A DNA stretch of 63,766 nucleotides, counting the filler, from Lama guanicoe (lineage: Eukaryota), in assembly GCA_013239625.1 (NCBI GenBank). It is 76 parts of 75 records of this genome, joined end to end, with 100 filler letters (N's around TTAATTAATTAA, not from the genome) between each part and the next. Parts side by side here need not be neighbours in the genome. Positions count along the whole stretch, not along the records: positions 48,614 to 49,111 come from PNXV01011148.1; positions 49,212 to 49,745 come from MU054982.1; positions 49,846 to 50,238 come from MU054983.1; positions 50,339 to 50,984 come from MU054983.1; positions 51,085 to 51,909 come from MU054984.1; positions 52,010 to 52,516 come from PNXV01011157.1; positions 52,617 to 53,067 come from PNXV01011158.1; positions 53,168 to 53,957 come from MU054987.1; 68 more parts are not named here. One strand, given 5' to 3'. Below the pieces are notes generated by a model. That model saw only the letters and a program-made list of their open reading frames with translations, was not told where the DNA came from and did no database searches. A program made the translations under genes and the position numbers. Positions 48,614 through 60,963 of the stretch are shown here, piece by piece (position 1 is the first letter of the stretch; each line of letters begins with the position of its first letter).

Positions 48614-49745
48614 AGAACACAGAACTTTGAATATAGAATAGAGAATACTGAATATAGAATTTTGAGTACAGAATGTAGAACACAGAATAAAGATTAAAGA
48701 ATACGGAAAGCAGAATATAGAATACAGAATATAGAATGTAGAAATCAGAATATAGAATATGGAAAAGAGAATACAGAACCCAGAATTAAGAACATGGAAT
48801 GCAGAACACAGAATTTAGAATATAGAATACAGAATACTGAATATTGAATTTAGAACATGGAATGCAGAACACAGAATTTAGAATGTAGAACACAGAAATA
48901 CAATTTAGAATGCAGAATATTGAATACAGAATATAGAATGTACAACACAAAATATAAAATATGTAAAACAAAATACAGAACCCAAAATTTAAAACATGGA
49001 TTGCAGAACACAGAATTAAGAAAATAGAATACAGAATACTAAATATAGAGTTTACAACATATAATGCAGAACCCAGAATTTAGAATATAGAATACAGAGT
49101 ACTGAATGTAGNNNNNNNNNNNNNNNNNNNNNNNNNNNNNNNNNNNNNNNNNNNNTTAATTAATTAANNNNNNNNNNNNNNNNNNNNNNNNNNNNNNNNN
49201 NNNNNNNNNNNTCTATATTCAACATTCTATATTCTGTATTCTATATACTAAATTCTGTGTCCTGAATTCCATGTTGTAAATTCTGGGCTCTGCATTCTGT
49301 ATTCTATATTCTATATTCTGTATTCTACATTATGTATTCTACATTCTATATTCTGTTTTCTATATTCTATATTCTGTGTTCTACATCCTGTATTCTACAT
49401 TCTATATTCTGTAATCTGTATTCTATATTCTCAATTCTGTGATCTATAATCTATATTCTATATTCTNNNNNNNNNNNNNNNNNNNNNNNNNNNNNNNNNN
49501 NNNNNNNNNNNNNNNNNNNNNNNNNNNNNNNNNNNNNNNNNNNNNNNNNNNNNNNNNNNNNNNNNNNNNNNNNNNNNNNNNNNNNNNNNNNNNNNNNNNN
49601 NNNNNNNNNNNNNNNNNNNNNNNNNATTGAATTTCTAAATTCAGAGTTATGTATTCGGATTTCTATATTCTATATTCTGTGTTCTACATTCTATATTCTA
49701 CTTTATATATCCTGTAATATATATTCTAAATTCTGTGTTCTGAAT
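48614..49745. repeat. AT-rich 7-bp-periodic satellite (48614-49111 on +; 49212-49745 on -)
   Basis: Same units on two separate scaffolds. Confidence 0.92.
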
Positions 49746-49845
49746 NNNNNNNNNNNNNNNNNNNNNNNNNNNNNNNNNNNNNNNNNNNNTTAATTAATTA
49801 ANNNNNNNNNNNNNNNNNNNNNNNNNNNNNNNNNNNNNNNNNNNN

Positions 49846-50238
49846 GCCGGCACACGTGGTGCGGACAATCACGACATCATGCCTCAGGATCCTTACCTGA
49901 TGTACCAGAGGTTGCTCTAGGGCGGCCCCTCGTCGCACGCCTGCCCGCGGACCATGTCGGAGACCGTGTCCCCCTCCGCCGCCATCACCGTCGCCTTCGC
50001 CGCCGCCGCCGCCGCCACCACAACCGCCGCTGCCGCTACCATGGAAACCGACGCGGACGCCACCGGCGCCGCCAACGCTCTGGGCTGGCCCCTCCGCGGC
50101 CGCCGCTCGGAAGCCGCCGCTCAGGCTGAGGAGGGACAGCGGCGCTCAGAAGAGCCCCGGGCCGCTGGGAACGACTGCCGCCTCCCTGCCTGCCTGATAA
50201 AGGGGCGGGCCGGCGGCCGGGCCAAGGGCGTGGCGTGG
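49846..50238 (-). promoter_or_regulatory. CpG-island promoter and probable first exon on the minus strand, with a GCC/GGC repeat
   Basis: GC box GGGGCGGG at 50202-50209, KLF-type GGGCGTGG at 50226-50233, GGC-rich leader, consensus donor CAG|GTAAGG (exon ends at 49897). Confidence 0.6.
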
Positions 50239-50383
50239 NNNNNNNNNNNNNNNNNNNNNNNNNNNNNNNNNNNNNNNNNNNNTTAATTAATTAANNNNNN
50301 NNNNNNNNNNNNNNNNNNNNNNNNNNNNNNNNNNNNNNTCTTGCTTCTGATGTACCTGCCTCCCTTTCTCTCATCTTGCCTAG

Positions 50384-50984
50384 ATATGGTTTCAAAACCG
50401 GAGAGCTCGGCACCCAGAGCAGAGCAGAGGGGCGCCTGTCAAGGCCCGGGCAGAAGACCCCGATGCCAGACCAGCCCCGACTGTCTAATCGGACCAAAGG
50501 CCCCCGCCCAACATCCACAACGGTGCTCATCAATTGCCTCCAACTGATCCACTGGACAGCTTCCAGTTCCTTGCCACAGCAGCCGCTCCTCAGTACCCCA
50601 GGTTTTTTGTGCCTTGTACTCCCCCTGGTGGCTGGGTGGGCCAGCCATTGATGCTCCTGGTGCTCCAGCACACCCCGGCTTGGCAGAGAGTTGAGAACCC
50701 TCCACATCTGGGAACAGACCCCAGCGGCACCACAGCAGGGCCGAGTCCAGGAGGGGGTCCCGCACCTGTGCACGCTGCACTCACGCCCTCCGACCACGGA
50801 GGGCCCTGCCCGCACAACAGCCTGCACCCTGGTGCGGTAGCACCCCTTCAGCCTGTCCCCCGCAGCGGTCCTCCACAGACCGGGCAGCATCCGGCTCAAA
50901 CACGCAGCCCCCACGTGGCAATTCTGCAGCCCAAACAGGCCGAGACACGCCTGTGGCAGCAGCAGGCCCCATCGGATCAACTCA
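50384..50984 (+). pseudogene. DUXC: DUXC-like exon (homeodomain-2 helix 3 plus C-terminal region) with an in-frame premature stop
   Basis: Acceptor tccctttctctcatcttgcctag|ATA TGG TTT CAA AAC CGG AGA GCT CGG CAC CCA = IWFQNRRARHP. TAA at 50486-50488, then the same frame stays open and Pro-rich to the scaffold end. DUX family is clear; the DUXC subtype is inferred. Confidence 0.82.
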
Positions 50985-51084
50985 NNNNNNNNNNNNNNNN
51001 NNNNNNNNNNNNNNNNNNNNNNNNNNNNTTAATTAATTAANNNNNNNNNNNNNNNNNNNNNNNNNNNNNNNNNNNNNNNNNNNN

Positions 51085-51909
51085 GAAAAGACATACCCAG
51101 AATGCATGGGCTCCACCTCGGGCAGCAGGACCCGTCCCCGGCTCTCCACATAACAGCCAGCCAGCTTTGACCTAGGCTGTGGATGTGACCGGCCCCCCAG
51201 GCCTCTGACATGCTCTTGCTTGAGGCAGAAACCGATCCCCAACATGACTGCTCCACCTCCACCAGCCAGGACGGGGCCGTGGGGCTACCTGGGTGGGATC
51301 TGAGTGGTGGCCCGGCCTGGGCGTGCCTGCCCTGGGCCTCCCTGTGTTACCTTTGTGTCTCTCTGGCCAAAAGGCCAGAGGCCCCTTGAGTGAGACCTGA
51401 CCCAGCGCCGGCAGCGTTGGTAGAGNNNNNNNNNNNNNNNNNNNNNNNNNNNNNNNNNNNNNNNNNNNNNNNNNNNNNNNNNNNNNNNNNNNNNNNNNNN
51501 NNNNNNNNNNNNNNNNNNNNNNNNNNNNNNNNNNNNNNNNNNNNNNNNNNNNNNNNNNNNNNNNNNNNNNNNNNNNNNNNNNNNNNNNNNNNNNNNNNNN
51601 NNNNNNNNNNNNNNNNNNNNNNNNNNNNNNNNNNNNNNNNNNNNNNNNNNNNTTCTGGGCTGGTTCTCTCATTTCTCTCTCAATGCCATGTCCACACGCA
51701 GTGACACCAACTCAGCCCCCCATAGCTCTGGGGAGGCCTGGATGCAGCCAGCGCCGCAGCTCTGAGGACACAGATGGGTTCAGACCTGGCTACCCCCACT
51801 CAGCAGTGCTATCATCCTGGACAATCCACGTGCCTCTCAGGGTCTCCCCAATCCCCCATAGGCACAGTGGGGATCATTCTGGCCCCTGCTTCCTAGAGAA
51901 GCCATCCTG
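51085..51909 (-). repeat. Second copy of the unidentified GC-rich segment at 16788-17461
   Basis: Reverse-complement match, e.g. LPTLPALGQVS.K.PLAFWPER.KGNTGRPRAG appears in both ORF-track translations. Confidence 0.85.
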
Positions 51910-52009
51910 NNNNNNNNNNNNNNNNNNNNNNNNNNNNNNNNNNNNNNNNNNNNTTAATTAATTAANNNNNNNNNNNNNNNNNNNNNNNNNNNNNNNNNNN
52001 NNNNNNNNN

Positions 52010-53067
52010 ATGCTGAATTATTTTACTCATATTTGGAATTTAAAACAAATTAACATAAAAAAACAGAAAACGAGTTATAGATACAGAAAGAAATAGGTTG
52101 CTCACAAGAAGGAGGGAAATGTGGTGAAGAAAAAGAAAGAGTTGAGGAAAACTAAGAGAGAAAATTTTCCAGTTGCAAATTAAATGAGTCAGGGACAAGA
52201 AAATTCCTGTACGGGGAATAGTCAATAACTATGAAATATCTTTAAATAGCAACATATAATAACTAGATTTATTGTGATCAGTTTGAAATGTATTAAAATT
52301 TGCAAACATTTTGATTTGTTATGTAAGAGAAACTAACACAGTGTTATACATTAAAGTACACTTCAAAAACAAACAAACATACTTATAGAAAAAAAGCAGA
52401 TTTGTAGTTAACAGAGGCAGGAGTTGGGAAAGCAGAATTACATTAATGCATTCGAAAGATACATATGTCCAGCAGTTAAATAAACGTGTTCAAGGGATGC
52501 TACGTATTAACATGGTNNNNNNNNNNNNNNNNNNNNNNNNNNNNNNNNNNNNNNNNNNNNTTAATTAATTAANNNNNNNNNNNNNNNNNNNNNNNNNNNN
52601 NNNNNNNNNNNNNNNNTTTTGATTTGCATTTCTGTGATATTTAGTGATATTGAGCAATTTTATATGTGCCTAGTGGCCATTTGCAGTGTTTATTGGAGAA
52701 ATGCTTGTTTAGGTCTTCTGCCCATTTTTGGATTGAGTGGTTTGTTTTTTGTTATTAAGTTTTATGAGCTGTTTATATATTCTGGAAATTAAGCCTTTGT
52801 GAGTCGAGTCATTTACAAATATTTTCTCCCGTTCTGTAGGTTGCCGTTTTGTTTTGCTTTTGGTTTCCTTTACTGTGCAAAAGCTTGTAAGTTCAGTTAG
52901 GTCCCATTTGTTTGTTTATTTTTGCTTTTATTGCTGGGGTAGACTGCCCTAGGAGAACATTGCTGAGATGTATGTCACGTAATGTTTTACCTATGTTTTC
53001 TCCTAAGAGGTTTATAGGGTCTTGTCTGCATGTTTAAGTCTTTAAGCCATTTTGAATTTATTTTTGT
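52010..53067. mobile_element. L1 fragments (3'UTR on + at 52010-52516; antisense ORF2 3' part at 52617-53067)
   Basis: TACTCATATTTGGAATTTAAAACAA...ATAGATACAGA; TTTGATTTGCATTTCTGTGAT...AAATATTTTCTCCCGTTCTGTAGGTTG. Confidence 0.85.
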
Positions 53068-54057
53068 NNNNNNNNNNNNNNNNNNNNNNNNNNNNNNNNN
53101 NNNNNNNNNNNTTAATTAATTAANNNNNNNNNNNNNNNNNNNNNNNNNNNNNNNNNNNNNNNNNNNNGATACTTTTCCTCAAAACTGAGTAGCTGTGAGA
53201 CACACTTCAGGAGTAAGGTAGATGCAGTGTGCTTCATTTCCCATGTTGTTCCAACACAATTTTCCAGTTATATCAAAGTAAATTAAAATCTGTCTTCAAT
53301 AGCAGATGCTCTGGCATGATACAACAATGTCAATTCCACTTATTTATTGAGCCAGAGCAGTTTTAGAGTAAATGATTTTATACCAAACTNNNNNNNNNNN
53401 NNNNNNNNNNNNNNNNNNNNNNNNNNNNNNNNNNNNNNNNNNNNNNNNNNNNNNNNNNNNNNNNNNNNNNNNNNNNNNNNNNNNNNNNNNNNNNNNNNNN
53501 NNNNNNNNNNNNNNNNNNNNNNNNNNNNNNNNNNNNNNNNNNNNNNNNNNNNNNNNNNNNNNNNNNNNNNNNNNNNNNNNNNNNNNNNNNNNNNNNNNNN
53601 NNNNNNNNNNNNNNNNNNNNNNNNNNNNNNNNNNNNNNNNNNNNNNNNNNNNNNNNNNNNNNNNNNNNTGAGTTATAAGACAGAACAACCCCTGGATATG
53701 AATCAGTGGCACCAATCAGTGGGGGCACATGTGTGCACACACACGCCCATGCACACGGAGCAGCCTTGGAGACACTCCATCTGTGCTGATGGAGCAAAGT
53801 CATGTTGGGGAGATGAGGAAAAAGTGCCTAATACAATCAAACCACAACACCTGAGGAATGGGTAATAGGAGTCAATTGAATTTTCTGGTTAGCTGAAGGT
53901 CAAAGAATAACACTTTTAGTTTCAAACGTCATTACTAAAAATTTTCTTAAAGCACAGNNNNNNNNNNNNNNNNNNNNNNNNNNNNNNNNNNNNNNNNNNN
54001 NTTAATTAATTAANNNNNNNNNNNNNNNNNNNNNNNNNNNNNNNNNNNNNNNNNNNN

Positions 54058-54985
54058 CCAACGGTCGGCAGCGCGTGGGTTCTAAAGGAATGCCTAAGCT
54101 CATCTCTCCTGGGTTTTTCCTAATGTATCTGTGCCAGGGAATGCTAGGGGTGTTTGCTGGCATTCCCAGTGACAGAGGCTGCCTCCCCAAGGTCAGGGAA
54201 GCTATTTCTCAGGATTTCCCCTAACAGGGAACACCTGTGACTGAAGAGAGCTGAGGGGAGTTGACTCTCGAGCTCCCCCACGCACTGGCAATGGTTCTGG
54301 AATCCTGAGCGTGGGGAGGTTCCACCAACGGTCGGCAGCGCGTGGGTTCTAAAGGAATGCCTAAGCTCATCTCTCCTGGGTTTTTCCTAATGTATCTGTG
54401 CCAGGGAATGCTAGGGTGGTTTGCAGGCAATCCCAGTGACAGAGGCTGCCTCCAAATTATCAGGGAAGTTATTTCTCAGACTTCACCATTCAGGGAACAC
54501 CTATGACTGAAGAGAGCTGCATGGAGTTGTCTCTCGAGCTCCCCCACGCACTGGCAATGGTTCTGGAATCCTGAGCGTGGGGAGGTTCCACCATCGGTCG
54601 GCACCGTGTGGGTTCTAACGGAATGCCTAAGCTCGTCTCCCCTGTGTTTTTTCCTAATGTCTCTGTTACAGGGAATGCAAGGGTGGTTTGTAGGAAATCC
54701 CAGTGACAGAGGCTGCCTCCNNNNNNNNNNNNNNNNNNNNNNNNNNNNNNNNNNNNNNNNNNNNNNNNNNNNNNNNNNNNNNNNNNNNNNNNNNNNNNNN
54801 NNNNNNNNNNNNNNNNNNNNNNNNNNNNNNNNNNNNNNNNNNNNNNNNNNNNNNNNNNTGGGTTCTAACGGAATGCCTAAGCTCGTTTGCCCTGGATTTT
54901 TTCCTAACGACTCTGTGCCAGGGAATGCTAGGGGGCTTTGCAGGCAATCCCAGTGACACAGGCTGCCTCCCCAAGGTCAGGGAAG
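54058..54985 (-). repeat. ~266/267-bp satellite variant
   Basis: Tandem monomers sharing CTCATCTCTCCTGGGTTTTTCCTAATGTATC. Confidence 0.93.
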
Positions 54986-56222
54986 NNNNNNNNNNNNNNN
55001 NNNNNNNNNNNNNNNNNNNNNNNNNNNNNTTAATTAATTAANNNNNNNNNNNNNNNNNNNNNNNNNNNNNNNNNNNNNNNNNNNNTATAGCACACATGAA
55101 GCACTTAACACACTGGCACTTAGCTGTGTTCACTATGTGGGGTCGCCCCACTTAGCGTGTGTCAGAGCTGTAAAGGCAGCATTTGTCTTTTGAGGATGCA
55201 CTGGTACCCCTTGAATAGGTTCTGAATTTGATGATTTCCTTTAATCCTTGTAACTCTGTGTGCTATGGGCAGTTATTTTCATGGACAGATGATGAATCTC
55301 AGGGTAAAAAAGACTGTGTAATTTGCCCAAAGTCAGACCATAATTTTGGGTGCAGGGGCCTAGGTTCAGCATGGGCCCCTGGGCCTTCTGCCCTTTCCAT
55401 TCAGCACCAGAGCCAGATGTGGGGTTGGCTGTTTCCCTGCCCAGAATATCCGGCGGGAACCAAGACACAACTGGCCCTGTGCTGCTTGAGCAAAAACTCC
55501 AAAGGAGAGGCAGTTATAAAAGGGATCAACATGAAAACAGACGACAGCAACCTGTCATCAGCTCTGAGAAGGAAAAGAACACGCCTCGCCGTGCAGAGCT
55601 NNNNNNNNNNNNNNNNNNNNNNNNNNNNNNNNNNNNNNNNNNNNTTAATTAATTAANNNNNNNNNNNNNNNNNNNNNNNNNNNNNNNNNNNNNNNNNNNN
55701 TCAGACCATGAGCATCGTGGCCCTGTGTGGAGGGTGGGGTCTTGCATGGTCAGGAAGGCTTTAAGTCCTCTGGTCCTGAAACTGTCCGAAGTGCAGAATT
55801 CCCTTCTCTTATCAACTCACAAAGATTGCCCTCGGGCTCCTTTGGTCCTTAAGCAAGCTTTGTTCCAGCATTGTCCCATCAGGGCTTCAGAGCACTCCAG
55901 AAAACATGCTGGGAAAACAACCAAACAGCAAACTAGAGAAACAAGCAAACAGTCAAGCAATAAATACATTTTAAAAAATGAATAATTAAAATGAAAAATG
56001 GAAACCATGAGTGTGAGTGTGTGTCTGTGTCTGTGTGGGTGGGGGAATGCATTGTGCCTGTGTATACTTATACATACACATGATAATACACTATAGACAT
56101 TGAGATAGATAAATGTATATGAAAATATTTGTGTATAGATTATCAGTCTAATTTTCATCTATTTATCATTTATCTATGGAAATTTTTACCTACTTATCTC
56201 TCAATTTATCTCTGTACCTATC

Positions 56223-56261
<39 letters not shown>

Positions 56262-56273
56262 AATCTATCTATC
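56223..56273. repeat. (ATCT)n tetranucleotide microsatellite in the intron upstream of the DUXC-like exon
   Basis: About 9 perfect ATCT units plus degenerate flanks. Confidence 0.9.
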
Positions 56274-56358
56274 AATTCCTCTATCTCTCTATCTACCTAC
56301 GTATCTGTCTGATATGCCATTTCCTCCATACGGCAGATTTTGTGTGCACTGAATGTGA

Positions 56359-56652
<294 letters not shown>

Positions 56653-56753
56653 TNNNNNNNNNNNNNNNNNNNNNNNNNNNNNNNNNNNNNNNNNNNNTTA
56701 ATTAATTAANNNNNNNNNNNNNNNNNNNNNNNNNNNNNNNNNNNNNNNNNNNN

Positions 56754-57619
56754 ATGGAATGCAGAACACAGAATTTAGAATATCAAATTCAGAATACTGA
56801 ATATAAAATTTAGAATATAGAATGTTGAAAACATAATATAGAATATAAAACACGGAATGCAGAATATAGAACGTACAATATAGAATGTAAACAAAAAATA
56901 TAGAAATGAATAGAGAATATAAAACCCAGAATTAAGAAATGGAGTGCAGTACACAGAATTTAGAATATACAATACAGAAGACTGAATTTAGTTTTTAGAA
57001 TATAGAATGTAGAACACAGAATATAGAATATAGAATACGGAATGCAGTATATGGAATGTAGAATATGGAATGAAGAACACAATGTATAGAATATAGAATA
57101 GAGAATACAGAACCCAGAATTTAGAACACGGATGTAGAACACAAAATTTAGAATATAGAATTCAGAATACTGAATATAGAATTTAGAATATAGAATATAC
57201 AACTCAGAAAATAGAAAAACAGAGAATATAGAAACCAGAATTTAGAAAATGGAATGCAGGACACAGAATTTAGAATATAGAATACAGAAACCTCAATATA
57301 CAATTCAGAATATAGAATGTAGAACACAGCATATAGAATATAGAATAGAGAATATAGAAGCCAAAATTTAGAGCATGTAATGCAGAACACAGAATTTAGA
57401 ATATAGAATAAAGAATACTGAATATTGAATTTAGAATATAGAATGTAGAACACAGAGTTCAGAATATAGAATACGGAATGCAGAATATAGAATTTAGAAT
57501 ATAGAATGTAAAACACAGAATATAGTATATGGAATATGGAATGCAGAATATAGAATACAGAATATAGAACTTAGAACACAGATTATACAATATGGAAAAC
57601 AGAATAGACAACCCAGTAT
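56754..57619 (+). repeat. AT-rich 7-bp-periodic satellite
   Basis: Same units; the GGAATGCAGAACAC block recurs about every 120-190 bp. Confidence 0.93.
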
Positions 57620-58199
57620 NNNNNNNNNNNNNNNNNNNNNNNNNNNNNNNNNNNNNNNNNNNNTTAATTAATTAANNNNNNNNNNNNNNNNNNNNNNNNN
57701 NNNNNNNNNNNNNNNNNNNCGCCTTTCTGAATTTACAAAAAGGGGTAAGATGTTCATATCATTGGGTGCTCACCAACATACAAATTAATTAGTGAGAAGT
57801 ATCACTTTAAAAAATGCGATGTGTCCTCAGTCTTGTAAGAATTACTAAATGGTGCTAAAGCTTATGTTTAGAGTTGATTCATTGGACTTTGGGAATGACT
57901 TCGCCATCAGATAGTGCCAGGAAATGTGAGTTCAACTTTCATGTCCTTTCGGTGCCAGAAAATGCTGTCACCGCCCTTGCCTCTTAACCAGCATAAAGCT
58001 CCAGAATGGACTGACCAGACAAGGTGACAGACAACACAGAACCTCCACGAATTACCTTAGAGACAGGCCCAGGGACAAAAGGAGCTCAACAAAGACAAAA
58101 GACAACACAAAGGAGCATTTAAAATGAGGCTTTGCCAGCTTTAAAATACTTTCAGGTACGTTTTACTGAAGGATCATAGAAGAGAATTAAATCACGGTC

Positions 58200-58400
58200 T
58201 CTGGAATGAGACAGCCCCGGTGGGCACTAGCTGTGTGGCCTTGGGGAAGCTATGTAACCTTTGCAGGTTTCACTTTGCTTATTCCTTAAAGTAGAAAGAA
58301 TAACAGTATGTACTTCTTAGAGTTATACTAAGGCTTAAAATACGAAAATACATGTAGTGCAATTAGCAGAATGATTAGCAACCAATTAATCCATTAATTT
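58200..58400 (+). mobile_element. MIR remnant
   Basis: CACTAGCTGTGTGGCCTTGGGGAAG...TAACCT...ATAACAGTATGTACTTCTTAGAGTT. Confidence 0.7.
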
Positions 58401-58541
58401 TGTTAAAAATTAATATTAATTTTGTTATTGTTTATACTATTNNNNNNNNNNNNNNNNNNNNNNNNNNNNNNNNNNNNNNNNNNNNTTAATTAATTAANNN
58501 NNNNNNNNNNNNNNNNNNNNNNNNNNNNNNNNNNNNNNNNN

Positions 58542-59380
58542 AAACAAGCGAATACAAAGGGACTCACACCCGGACATAACATAAGTGAAATGGCAGAAGT
58601 TAAAGATAAAAAGAGACTTCTAAAGGCAGCAAGAGGAAAACAAAGAGTCAGTTACAGGGAATCCCCATAAGATTGTCAGCTGACTTTTCTGCAGACACAT
58701 CGCAGGCCAGAAGAGGGGGGCATGATATGTTTAAAATGCTGAAAGGAGGGAAAAGCCCTGCAAAGTTGAATACTCTACCCAGCAAAGCTGTTATGCACAA
58801 CTGAAGGAGAGATAGAGGTTGTCAGACCAAAGCTAAAAGAGTTCATGACTACTAAACAGACCTTATGAGAAATATTAATGGATATTCTTTAAGTGAAAAA
58901 GAAAAGGCTACAGTAAGAATGAATAAAGTATAAGAAGGGAAAAATCCCACTGGTAAAGGCTGTGGATCAACTATTAAATAACCTAATACATACGTTAAAA
59001 TATTAAAAGACAAAAAGTGTAAAATCAAAATATAACTACAATAAATAATTAAGTGATAGACACGATGATTTTAAATATGACATGAAAAACACAAATTTTG
59101 GGAGGGGGAGTACAAAATGTAGAGCATTTTAAATGACCATCAGTTTAAAGTAAGTAGATATAGTTTACAGATCAATAAAAATGAACTCCATGGTAACCAC
59201 AAATCAAAACTTACAATAGTAACACAAACAGAGAGGAAAGAATAGAAACTTAAAACCAATGAAAGTTATCAAAATACAATATAAGAGACTAAGAGAAGAC
59301 GATAAAAGAGAAGAACTACAGAAAGATCAGGAGACGATTAACAAAATGGGAATAAGTACATAATTATCAATAATCACTTG
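58542..59380 (+). mobile_element. L1 ORF1 3' half, inter-ORF spacer and start of ORF2
   Basis: CTAAAGGCAGCAAGAGGAAAACAA..GGGAATCCCCATAAGATTGTCAGCTGACTTTTCTGCAG; ends ATGGGAATAAGTACATAATTATCAATAATCACT, a degenerate ORF2 N-terminus. Confidence 0.88.
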
Positions 59381-60488
59381 NNNNNNNNNNNNNNNNNNNN
59401 NNNNNNNNNNNNNNNNNNNNNNNNTTAATTAATTAANNNNNNNNNNNNNNNNNNNNNNNNNNNNNNNNNNNNNNNNNNNNCGCGTCCCCCTACCCCTGTC
59501 ATACCCAAGGCTGCCATGGAGGGAGAAGGACCTCAGAAAGGCATGGAACAGACCTTGGGGGAACACGGGGCTGTCAGCAAAGCTTCCTGGAGGAGCTGGC
59601 ACCTGGGCTGAGGAGTTAAAGAAAAGGAAGGAAAAAGTAGGGTGGGGAAGGAAGCAGGAGGGAAAGCGCTGCCTCAGGCTCAGGAATGGAAGAGAGTGGG
59701 GGTCTGGGCTTGGACTGGGGGTCCNNNNNNNNNNNNNNNNNNNNNNNNNNNNNNNNNNNNNNNNTGGGGAGAGAGGAGCTTGGAGACCTGCCCCATGTCT
59801 GACAGGTTCCAGAAGGTTCTGGAAGGACAGAAGGGAACTTTGCACTGGAGCCTGGTAGGAAAGTCTCTCAAACAAGAGTCATCAGGCTGGGAGGGGTGTG
59901 GGGAGGAGGGCTGGGCCCTGGGGCCCCTCCTGAGGCTGCTCCTCCCTGTCTCCACCCCTCCACTGGGCCTGGTGGCCAGGGTGGTCAGTTGTCCTACTCG
60001 GCTGGCTGCTCCTAAGGTGCTCATCAGACCCAGATGGGCCTGGCCTGGTGGGCACTGAGCCGGCCACCTGGGTTCCCCACAGGTCCTCCTTTGAGCTCCC
60101 AAGGCCAATGCCAGGATATTCATCTCCTGGTCAACTGGACTGGGGAGGAGCCGCCCTGCCCATTGAGGAAGTGGGGATTACCTTGTTGAAGGGTCCTGAC
60201 ACAGAAGGGTTGACTGACGCCAGCTTCCCCTCCTGGGTTCCCAGGGAAGGAGGATTGGTTAAATCGCAACGCAAACACCCTGGGAGAGGGAAGGCAGCTG
60301 GCAGCGACCGATCTGAGTCACCAGGACCATCTCCAGGCTGTGGGAGTGCGCCCACTGCTGGGAGGGGCACTCCCTCGTCTCACCCCAGNNNNNNNNNNNN
60401 NNNNNNNNNNNNNNNNNNNNNNNNNNNNNNNNTTAATTAATTAANNNNNNNNNNNNNNNNNNNNNNNNNNNNNNNNNNNNNNNNNNNN

Positions 60489-60963
60489 ATATCTCTGTGC
60501 CAGGGAATGCTAGGGCGGTTTGCAGGAATTCCCAGTGTCAGAGGTTGCTTCCCCATTGTCAGGAAAGATATTTCTCGGACTTCCCCGAGCAGGGAACACC
60601 TGTGACTGAAGAGAGCTGCGTGGAGTTGTCTCTCGAGCTCCCCCACGCACTGACAATGGTTCCGGAATCCTGAGCGTGGGGAGGTTCCACCAACGGTCGA
60701 GGCAGCGCATGGGTTCTAACGGAATGCCTTAGCTCGTCTCCCCTGAGGGTTTTCCTAATGTCTCTGTGCCAGGGAATGCTATGGGGGGTTTGAAGGAAGT
60801 CCCAGTGGCAGAGGCTGCCTCCCCAAGGTCAGGAAAAGTATTTCTCAGACTTCCCCGGACAGGGAACACCTGTGACAGAAGAGAGCTACGTGGAGTTGTC
60901 TCTCCAACTCCCCAACGCACTGACAATGGTTCCGGAATCCTGATGGTGGGGAGGTTCCACCAA
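60489..60963 (-). repeat. ~267-bp satellite
   Basis: About two monomers with the family motifs. Confidence 0.93.

Noticed and set aside
50291..50980. 229-aa minus-strand ORF and other overlapping ORFs
   Set aside because: These are GC-rich shadow frames of the plus-strand DUXC-like exon.
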